Below are positions 56,980 to 64,000 of a stretch of DNA of 64,000 nucleotides, one piece after another. The notes beneath the pieces are model-generated. The model ran no database searches, was not told the origin of the DNA, and was given only the letters and a program-made list of their open reading frames with translations. Made by a program: the position numbers and the translations under genes. Within the stretch, counting starts at the first letter, position 1, and each line of letters begins with the position of its first letter. This DNA is from a virus, in the IMG/VR virus record IMGVR_UViG_3300023179_000020; one strand, written 5' to 3'.

Positions 56980-58599
56980 ATGAGTATACTTAGAAAAGAA
57001 CAATCAATTAATCCTTTAAGTACATTACCGGATGAATCTATCCAATTTAATAGTGGAAGTTCATTTAGTGGAAGTTCTAACTTTATGTATAACTATTTAT
57101 CCCAAAGTTTAGAACAAGGGAATAGTGTTATAGCTTCAGGTCATTTTTCACATGCTGAAGGATCAAGTTCATTAGCTTCAGGTTATAGTTCTCACGCTGA
57201 AGGTAATAATACAACTGCTTCAGGTGAGTATTCACATGCTGAAGGTTTTAATACAAAAGCTTTAGGTGATGTTTCTCACGCTGAAGGCGAATACTCTACA
57301 GCTCTAGGTAATTATTCCCATGCTGAAGGTGGATTTACAAATGCTTCAGGTGAGTATTCACATGCTGAAGGTTCAGGATCATTCGCTTTAGGTTCTTATT
57401 CACACGCTGAAGGAAATAATACATATGCTAGTGGTTCTTATTCTCACGCTGAAGGTGGATTTACAAGTGCTTCAGGTGAGTATTCACATGCTGAAGGATC
57501 AAGTTCATTGGCTTCAGGTTTATTTTCTCACGCTGAAGGTTTTAACACAACTGCTTCAGGTACTGGTTCCCATGCTGAAGGAAGTGGAACAAAAACTTTT
57601 GATTTAGTAACATATTCTCATGTTGAAGGCCTTACAACTCAAGCAGGAACTAATAAAGCATATTCTGCCTCTATTTCTAATGGTACTGCTTCATTTATGT
57701 CTTCTTATGGAAACATAACAAGTTTATTTACTGTAGGCAACTATGCTATTATATATAATCCTTCAAATATAACTTATACTCTTCCTTTAATTACAAGTAG
57801 ATCATTTAATAGTGGTACAAACATAACTCAAATGTTTTTTACTCCAATAGGAAGTAATATAACTACTGCTTACATTTTAAACACAACTCCTTCAAATTGG
57901 AATGGTGATCAAAATGTATTAGTTAACGTAGCACATGCTGAAGGTTTTAACACAGTAGTAATAGGCGCAGCATCACATGCTGAAGGTAGAGGAACATTAG
58001 CTGGAGGCTCTTATTCTCATGCTGAGGGCCGAGATACAATAACTATAGGTTTATATTCACATGCTGAAGGTCAAAATACAACATCTGTAGGTTCTTATTC
58101 TCATGCTGAAGGATTAAATACTAATGCTTTAGGTAATTATTCTCACGCTGAAGGACAAAATAATGTTGCTTCAGGTTCCTACTCTCATGCTGAGGGTTTA
58201 AACAACCTAGCAGGAGGTACTCATTCTCATGTTGAAGGACAAAGTAATACAGCTTCAGGTAACTATTCTCATGCTGAAGGAAATGCAACAAAAGCTTTAG
58301 GTCCTTACTCTCATACCGAAGGCCAAGGCACAATTGCCTCCGGTTCATATCAAACTGTAGTAGGTCGTTATAATGCTCAAAATGATTCAACTAGTTATTT
58401 TATAGTTGGAGGAGGAACATCTGATAGTATTAGAAGAGATTATTTTAAAGTAACAAGTAAACCTTCAATAGTTGTTCCTACTCAAAGTGTTGCTCCATCA
58501 TTGAATATTGAAGGAGAAATGGTTCTTGCATTAGTTAGTGGAAATCCACGTTTATATGCTTACATTGGAGGAACTTTAAGATCATGTTCTTTATTTTAA
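56980..58599 (+). CDS. Second YadA-head-like SHAEG-repeat fibre/adhesin
   Basis: Two SHAEG repeat blocks separated by a ~100-aa insert; C-terminal YQTVVGRYN...FIVGGG like that of 51045. Confidence 0.75.
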   Translation: MSILRKEQSINPLSTLPDESIQFNSGSSFSGSSNFMYNYLSQSLEQGNSVIASGHFSHAEGSSSLASGYSSHAEGNNTTASGEYSHAEGFNTKALGDVSHAEGEYSTALGNYSHAEGGFTNASGEYSHAEGSGSFALGSYSHAEGNNTYASGSYSHAEGGFTSASGEYSHAEGSSSLASGLFSHAEGFNTTASGTGSHAEGSGTKTFDLVTYSHVEGLTTQAGTNKAYSASISNGTASFMSSYGNITSLFTVGNYAIIYNPSNITYTLPLITSRSFNSGTNITQMFFTPIGSNITTAYILNTTPSNWNGDQNVLVNVAHAEGFNTVVIGAASHAEGRGTLAGGSYSHAEGRDTITIGLYSHAEGQNTTSVGSYSHAEGLNTNALGNYSHAEGQNNVASGSYSHAEGLNNLAGGTHSHVEGQSNTASGNYSHAEGNATKALGPYSHTEGQGTIASGSYQTVVGRYNAQNDSTSYFIVGGGTSDSIRRDYFKVTSKPSIVVPTQSVAPSLNIEGEMVLALVSGNPRLYAYIGGTLRSCSLF

Positions 58600-58611
58600 A
58601 AATAAATTTTA

Positions 58612-58941
58612 ATGTCATCTAGAAGATCCCTTTTTTCTGTAAATGCCAATAATGCAACTTCTGCATCTTTTTCTAATAAAGCAGCATTAGCAACCCTAGC
58701 AACACTTGCAACTAATGCAAACCATGCAACATCAGCAAGTTATGCTTTAACTGCTTCGTATGCTATGAATGGTGGAGGTGGAGGAAGTACAGATACTGGT
58801 TCTTTACTAACAACTGCTTCTTTTTCTAATCCAAACTTAACTTTTACTAAAGGTGATAAATCCACATTTCCAGTTAATTTAATAACTTTAATACCAACTA
58901 ATGCTTCAACTGCTAGTTATATTAATGGAGGAACATTTTAA
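58612..58941 (+). CDS. Short fibre-like protein ending INGGTF
   Basis: ASYALTASYA repeats; LTFTKGD.STF; terminal YINGGTF. Confidence 0.55.
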   Translation: MSSRRSLFSVNANNATSASFSNKAALATLATLATNANHATSASYALTASYAMNGGGGGSTDTGSLLTTASFSNPNLTFTKGDKSTFPVNLITLIPTNASTASYINGGTF

Positions 58942-59264
58942 TGGCAACTAGAATACCGTTTCAATGGGGCAATGCAAATTTTGCTTGGGAAACTAACCCT
59001 TTTCCTAACCAAAGTAAAAATCCATTTACTTGGGATGACTGTGCTTTAATAACTGAAATTTTAGAAGGATTAGCAGGTGGTAAAGCACCTGAAGATTTAT
59101 GGAAAGATAAAGAAAAGAAAAAACGATTTATTAAATTGCTTTGTAAAGTTGAAGGCAAAGAATACAAAGAAACTAAAGAAGTAACAAATCGTAAAATACG
59201 TATATCGGACATAGCCTTAGTAGCTAAAGAAGTTCTAGGCATAAACATTAAAGTAGATTTATAA
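58941..59264 (+). CDS. Hypothetical protein
   Basis: 107-aa Trp-rich ORF, coupled to neighbours. Confidence 0.55.
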   Translation: MATRIPFQWGNANFAWETNPFPNQSKNPFTWDDCALITEILEGLAGGKAPEDLWKDKEKKKRFIKLLCKVEGKEYKETKEVTNRKIRISDIALVAKEVLGINIKVDL

Positions 59265-59827
59265 TGTACAAATTATTTACAGACAAACCTGAATTATTTG
59301 AGTGCAACATAAAAATTGAAGGCGCCTCACTTAAAAATAGTCAAGCTCGATTAGTAATTGAAACAGAAGACATTAGTCTTTTATTCAATGGTACTATAAA
59401 CAAAGATGGTAAATGCACCATTCCAGTAAAAAAATTAAAAGGCTTACTAGAAAATAACACAGAAGGACAAATAAAACTTGAGGTTATAGCAGAGGATACG
59501 TATTTTACTCCTTGGAAATCAAATTTTCAGGTTGAAGCGTCAAGAAAAATAACAGTAGAAGTTAAATCCCAAGACGCAGAAATTATAACTGAAAGTGCTC
59601 CTAAAGTTCAAGTTACTGGAATTAAAGAAGAAAGTATTGATCCTATAACAGAACACGTTATAAAATTAGTTAGAATGTTAGTTAAAGAAGATATTAATGT
59701 TAAAAACTTAACTATTAAAAAAGATAAAGTAAATAACATTGTTGCTACATACTTACAAGAAAACAAAATTGAACAAAACCAAGTTCAAGAAATTATAAAC
59801 GGAATTTTATCAAAACTTCCTAAATAA
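59264..59827 (+). CDS. Hypothetical protein
   Basis: 187-aa ORF, coupled to the upstream gene. Confidence 0.55.
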   Translation: MYKLFTDKPELFECNIKIEGASLKNSQARLVIETEDISLLFNGTINKDGKCTIPVKKLKGLLENNTEGQIKLEVIAEDTYFTPWKSNFQVEASRKITVEVKSQDAEIITESAPKVQVTGIKEESIDPITEHVIKLVRMLVKEDINVKNLTIKKDKVNNIVATYLQENKIEQNQVQEIINGILSKLPK

Positions 59828-59842
59828 AACAAATAAAAAGTT

Positions 59843-60871
59843 ATGGCAGGACCATTTGACTTAACCGGTCAAAATATAGAGAATACATACCAACGAGTCC
59901 TACAAACACCAGATGGGGTTAACATTTATGATGGTACTGGTTCCGCATTTACAGTTACGGCTGTAATTAATACAAGCAGTTTAGTAACAACTTCAAGTTT
60001 CAATGCGTTTACTTCAAGTATAAACAACTTTACATCATCCTATAACACAGGTTCTTTTACTGGTAGTTTTACAGGTAGTTTTAACGGTACTGCGAGTTGG
60101 GCTGATAGTGCATCTCAAGCTACAACAGCATCCTATGCTTTAAATGGAGGAGTAACTAGATTATTAGAAGGACCTGGAATAAGTTTATCCCCAACTAATG
60201 GTTTAGGCAATGTTACTATAAGTTCTACAGCAGGTGCCTACAACACAGCCACAGGTTCATATGGCAGTTTCTATGACACTGGTTCTCAAACTGCTGTTAG
60301 TGCTACTACCATATACTCAATGTCTATATCTACAACAGATATTTCCAATGGTGTTTTTATAAGTGGTTCTACAAATCCGTATAACACTTATGTTAAAGTT
60401 ACTAATGCTGGAGTATATAATATACAATTTTCTGCTCAGCTTAGAAACGCAGGAAATAACCCAGTAGATGTGACTGTATGGGTTAGAAAAAACAATATAT
60501 CATCAACTAATGACATTGCTGATTCTTCGGGTAAATGTACTGTACCTGCTAAAAAAGGAGCTGTACCTGGTCATTTAATTGCTAGTTGGAATTATTACAT
60601 ATCATTAGCAAATAATGACTTTATTCAATTGTTATGGCATGCTGATACAAGCAATGATGTAACTTTAGAAACTATAGCAGCAGGAGTTAACCCAACCCAC
60701 CCTAGAATCCCATCACTCATATTAACAGCACAACGTGTTGATACATTTTTAAGCAACACTGGATCATTTAGTGGATCATTTACCGGCGAATTAATAGGAA
60801 CATCAAGTTGGGCTTCTCAAGCATTAACTGCTTCATATTTTGACGGAGTAATAAATGGAGGTACTTTTTAA
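59843..60871 (+). CDS. Fibre protein with C1q/TNF-like domain, ending INGGTF
   Basis: GSFTGSF and ASWA..AS.A.TAS repeats; AGVYNIQFSAQ ... L..ND.I.L jelly-roll-like domain. Confidence 0.6.
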   Translation: MAGPFDLTGQNIENTYQRVLQTPDGVNIYDGTGSAFTVTAVINTSSLVTTSSFNAFTSSINNFTSSYNTGSFTGSFTGSFNGTASWADSASQATTASYALNGGVTRLLEGPGISLSPTNGLGNVTISSTAGAYNTATGSYGSFYDTGSQTAVSATTIYSMSISTTDISNGVFISGSTNPYNTYVKVTNAGVYNIQFSAQLRNAGNNPVDVTVWVRKNNISSTNDIADSSGKCTVPAKKGAVPGHLIASWNYYISLANNDFIQLLWHADTSNDVTLETIAAGVNPTHPRIPSLILTAQRVDTFLSNTGSFSGSFTGELIGTSSWASQALTASYFDGVINGGTF

Positions 60872-60886
60872 TATTTATAAAAGATA

Positions 60887-61915
60887 ATGGCTACAATAAT
60901 AATAAAAAATAGTACAGGTTCAAACTCAGTACCTGCCTCTTTATTGCAAGGAGAATTAGCTGTTAATACAGTAACAGGTAAACTGTTTTATGGTAGTGGT
61001 TCAGGAAATGCTGTAAGAGAATATACTGCTTCATTAGCATTAACTTCTTCAAATGGTTTTCCATATTCTGGTAGTGCTGTTATAACAGGTAGTTTAATAG
61101 TAAATAATGGAACTAATAATATTTTAACAGTTGACACAATTAATGGAAACTATCAACTAAATGATGGTAGTGGTATTCTTAGTATAGATTGGAATAATAG
61201 AACTTTAAGTGATGGAAATAGAGCCCCATTAGACTGGTTTAACAGATACTTACAATCATCAAATGCTGATGAATTGTCTGTTGATTGGGAAAATAGAGTT
61301 CTATACGCAAGTGACGGAACAACAGCTCATTTAGATTGGAGTAATCCATCATATATGCAGTTAGGTGGTACAACTGAAAGTCCAATAACAAATGTATTAG
61401 GCATAGATGGTAGTGGTAGATTATACTACACTGCCTCAAGTGCAATTGGAGGAGGTGGTGCTTCTTTTCCATATACAGGCAGTGCAATAATTACTGGCTC
61501 ATTAGTAATAACAGGCTCAACAACCTCAACTTCAGGATTTACAGGTAGTTTATTTGGTACATCATCTTGGGCTGAAAGTGCTTCTCAAGCGTTAACTGCT
61601 TCATACGTAACAGGATCAATATTTACAAGTACAAATCCTGCTTTATCAGCATCATATGCGTTAACAGCAAGTTATGCGGCTAATGCTGGTAGTACTTTTA
61701 ACTCGACTTCATCTGTTATAGGAAATGGATTATCATCTTCCTTTAATATAAACCACGGCTTTAACACAAGAAATCTTCATATTACAGTCTATGAAAGCAG
61801 TTCAAATGGAGAAACAGTATACCCAGATATAAGAAGAATTAATGCTAATACAGCAAGTATCATATTTGCAAATCCACCTACATCAAACCAATATATAGTT
61901 TACATTTCACAGTAA
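60887..61915 (+). CDS. Fibre protein with N-terminal GELA.N...KLF.G attachment domain
   Basis: VP.SLLQGELAVN.VTGKLFYG; DW.NR.L repeats; FPY.GSA.ITGSL units; C-terminal I.H.F.T domain. Confidence 0.6.
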   Translation: MATIIIKNSTGSNSVPASLLQGELAVNTVTGKLFYGSGSGNAVREYTASLALTSSNGFPYSGSAVITGSLIVNNGTNNILTVDTINGNYQLNDGSGILSIDWNNRTLSDGNRAPLDWFNRYLQSSNADELSVDWENRVLYASDGTTAHLDWSNPSYMQLGGTTESPITNVLGIDGSGRLYYTASSAIGGGGASFPYTGSAIITGSLVITGSTTSTSGFTGSLFGTSSWAESASQALTASYVTGSIFTSTNPALSASYALTASYAANAGSTFNSTSSVIGNGLSSSFNINHGFNTRNLHITVYESSSNGETVYPDIRRINANTASIIFANPPTSNQYIVYISQ

Positions 61916-62061
61916 TGTCACAGTTTTTAACTGAAATACAATTTGTTGCTACTGGGTCGATAGAAACACCTGACAGTGGGTTTGTCACCTTATACATGAA
62001 TACAGATGGATTTATATATGTAAAATTTTCTGATGGAACACAAGCAAGATTAACACCATAA
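61915..62061 (+). CDS. 48-aa protein homologous to the N-termini of the two downstream Gly-rich proteins, not in the supplied ORF track
   Basis: Hand translation MSQFLTEIQFVATGSIETPDSGFVTLYMNTDGFIYVKFSDGTQARLTP; ATG overlaps the upstream TAA. Confidence 0.6.
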   Translation: MSQFLTEIQFVATGSIETPDSGFVTLYMNTDGFIYVKFSDGTQARLTP

Positions 62062-62070
62062 AAAGTTGTT

Positions 62071-63210
62071 ATGAGTCAAATACTAAAAAGTTTACAGTTA
62101 TCAACCACAGGATCAGCACCTGGAACACCAAACTCAGATTTTGGAGTTGTGTACGCTAGTGGAAGCAATAAGTTTTTTTTTAAAAACGCTGCAGGTACTG
62201 AATTTGATTTAACAGCTACAAACGGTCTTATAAACACACTTTATTACACTGGCTCAGCTATAGGAAACGGAACAACACAAACATATACTTGGAACAAACC
62301 AGTTGGTTTAAAGTATATTGAAGTGTGTTGTGTTGGTGCTGGAGGTGGAGGTGGTGGCGGAATGAGGTCTACTAATAGTAGTACTGTTGGAGGAGCAGGA
62401 GGAGGTGGTGGAGCAATAGTTTGGCTAACTCTTGATGCTAATACACTAACAAATGCTAGTTATACAATTGTAGTAGGAGCTGGAGGTGCAGGAGGAGGAG
62501 GCAGTACAACTAGTACTGGAAACACCGGAATAACTGGAGGGACTTCTTCTTTTGGTACTTTAGTAATAGCAAGAGGAGGAGCAGGGGGAGTTGCTGGAGG
62601 ATTTGCAATAAGTAGCCAAACTTCAGGAGGACAAGCATTATTATGTACTCCTGCAGGATATCCATATTCTATAAACGGATGCAATGCCGGAACATTAGAT
62701 GCTAATGCTATAGGCCCATCTTATGCTTCTCCGGCTTTTGTTATTTTCGATAATGCTGCTCTTACTTTAGATGAAGGTAGAACAGGTGGAGGTGTTTTAA
62801 CTAATATTCCAAAAGGAAGAGGAGGAGGAGGAGGAGGATATGGAGGAGGACTTCAAGGTGGAATCCATTCTGGGTCTCGTGGATCAAATGGATACCAATT
62901 TACTACACTAATTACAAATGGAGGATTTCCTGGTAGTGGTTCTAGTGGTCAAAATGCAACTACACCTACAGATAACATGATAACAACTCTTTTACAATTT
63001 AGTGGAAGTACAACAACTTATGGACTAGGAGGAGGAGGACACGGTGGAGGATACGGTTCTAGTGGAAATGGAGGAAATGGAAGCAATGGTGGTCTATATG
63101 GTGCAGCAGGTGGTGGAGGAGGACATTGTGGTACAGGATCTGCTGCATTTAGAGGAGGAAACGGAGGATCTGGTTCTTCAGGTTTATGTATTATTACTGA
63201 ATTTTATTAA
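62071..63210 (+). CDS. Glycine-rich fibre/adhesin protein
   Basis: TW.KP.G...IEV..VGAGGGGGGG and many Gly-rich loops. Confidence 0.7.
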   Translation: MSQILKSLQLSTTGSAPGTPNSDFGVVYASGSNKFFFKNAAGTEFDLTATNGLINTLYYTGSAIGNGTTQTYTWNKPVGLKYIEVCCVGAGGGGGGGMRSTNSSTVGGAGGGGGAIVWLTLDANTLTNASYTIVVGAGGAGGGGSTTSTGNTGITGGTSSFGTLVIARGGAGGVAGGFAISSQTSGGQALLCTPAGYPYSINGCNAGTLDANAIGPSYASPAFVIFDNAALTLDEGRTGGGVLTNIPKGRGGGGGGYGGGLQGGIHSGSRGSNGYQFTTLITNGGFPGSGSSGQNATTPTDNMITTLLQFSGSTTTYGLGGGGHGGGYGSSGNGGNGSNGGLYGAAGGGGGHCGTGSAAFRGGNGGSGSSGLCIITEFY

Positions 63211-63216
63211 AAAAAT

Positions 63217-64000
63217 ATGCCTAAGTTTTTAAATACAATTTATCAAATTACACAATCCGCTCCGGCTACTCCAAGCACAGGAGGAGTGTTATATGCCAGT
63301 GGAAGCAGTGTATTTTTTAAAAATACTACTGGTACTGAATATAATTTAACAGGCTCAAAAGGATATATACAAATTGTAGAGTACACTAGTAGTGGTACTT
63401 GGAGTAAACCAGCAAATGTTAAGTATATTAAATTAGCAGCAGTAGGTGCTGGAGGCGGAGGCGGTGGTGGAGCTAGAGATGCTGTAACTAATGCTGTAGG
63501 AGGAGGTGGTGGAGGTGCAGGTGGACAAATTTCTATTGTGTTTTATAACGCATCTGATATACCCGCAGGTTTATATACTGCTAGTGTAGCAACTTCTGCT
63601 AATGGAGGAGCAGGCAGAACAACAACTAATGGTGCAGGAACTGGAGGCTCTAGTGGTGGTACAACTTCTCTTGTTAGTGCTTCAAGAACATTAATTACTG
63701 CTGGAGGTGGAGGAGGTGGCACAGGTGGGGTTACAGGTGGAGGAAATGCTGCTGGAGGAAGCAATTCTGTTTCTGCTACTCTTTTAAACACCTTACCATT
63801 TCGTTTAATAGGAAATGGAGGAGGAAGATATGCTACCACTCCTCAAGTTCCAACCCCTAATCCTGGTATTACTTATACTATATACCATGCTAGATCAGGA
63901 TTTAGAGGAACCGGAGGAGGAGGTGCAGGTGGAGGAATAACAGCAGCTGGAGGACTACAAAATGGAGCATCAGGATCCGGAATATATTTAATTGATGGAA
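63217..64000 (+). CDS. Second glycine-rich fibre/adhesin paralog, 3'-truncated by window edge
   Basis: MPKFLNTIYQITQSAPATPSTGGVLYASGS...GTWSKPANVKYIKLAAVGAGGGGGGG; frame appears open to the window end. Confidence 0.7.
   Translation, partial: MPKFLNTIYQITQSAPATPSTGGVLYASGSSVFFKNTTGTEYNLTGSKGYIQIVEYTSSGTWSKPANVKYIKLAAVGAGGGGGGGARDAVTNAVGGGGGGAGGQISIVFYNASDIPAGLYTASVATSANGGAGRTTTNGAGTGGSSGGTTSLVSASRTLITAGGGGGGTGGVTGGGNAAGGSNSVSATLLNTLPFRLIGNGGGRYATTPQVPTPNPGITYTIYHARSGFRGTGGGGAGGGITAAGGLQNGASGSGIYLIDG

Noticed and set aside
1407-60879. Reading the motif as T4 TATAAATA promoters on the minus strand
   Set aside because: No minus-strand genes to drive; the motif is consistently placed just upstream of + strand starts. 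Antisense transcription cannot be fully excluded.
51045-64000. Diversity-generating retroelement acting on fibre genes
   Set aside because: No reverse transcriptase and no adenine-specific template/variable repeat pair seen in this window.
1-64000. Alternative genetic code (stop-codon reassignment)
   Set aside because: Core genes (TerL, portal, MCP) are full length in code 11, coding density is high, and TAG/TGA occur as plausible true stops.
1-64000. tRNA/rRNA genes
   Set aside because: Intergenic gaps are short and none showed a recognisable cloverleaf or T-loop; a tRNAscan-SE/Aragorn run would be needed to be sure.

Overview
This AT-rich 64-kb window is the morphogenesis region of a large T4-like (myovirus-type, probably jumbo) tailed phage, with essentially all genes on the + strand. 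The host is probably Bacteroidota, inferred from TTG-N19/20-TAnnTT(T/A) promoters, A-rich initiation regions lacking Shine-Dalgarno sequences, and an Hc1-like gene. Gene order: baseplate/tail-associated genes (1-12.1 kb); primase and exonuclease; a ~22-kb block of about 30 mostly uncharacterised genes (15-37 kb); terminase, portal, prohead protease, scaffold and gp23-type major capsid; PhoH carrying a class-3 intein; neck/tail-completion genes; and fibre/adhesin genes to the window end. Five freestanding homing-endonuclease-like genes, one more GIY-YIG gene and about 25 copies of a TATTTAT(A) late-promoter-like motif are present. The most notable candidate system is head-cargo loading. Many proteins of the 15-45 kb region carry short shared helical tags, either a copy of the scaffold's C-terminal RMQxLAG motif or MIKLxDLLKE / LxQIIKEEI leaders. 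These tags are closed by (I/L/V)-x-E sites of the kind cut by T4 gp21-type proteases and are fused to diverse enzyme or membrane domains. A candidate pseudoknot/terminator RNA switch lies upstream of an FAD oxidoreductase gene. No tRNA, rRNA or CRISPR array was recognised. All functional calls come from motif recognition by eye; no searches were run.
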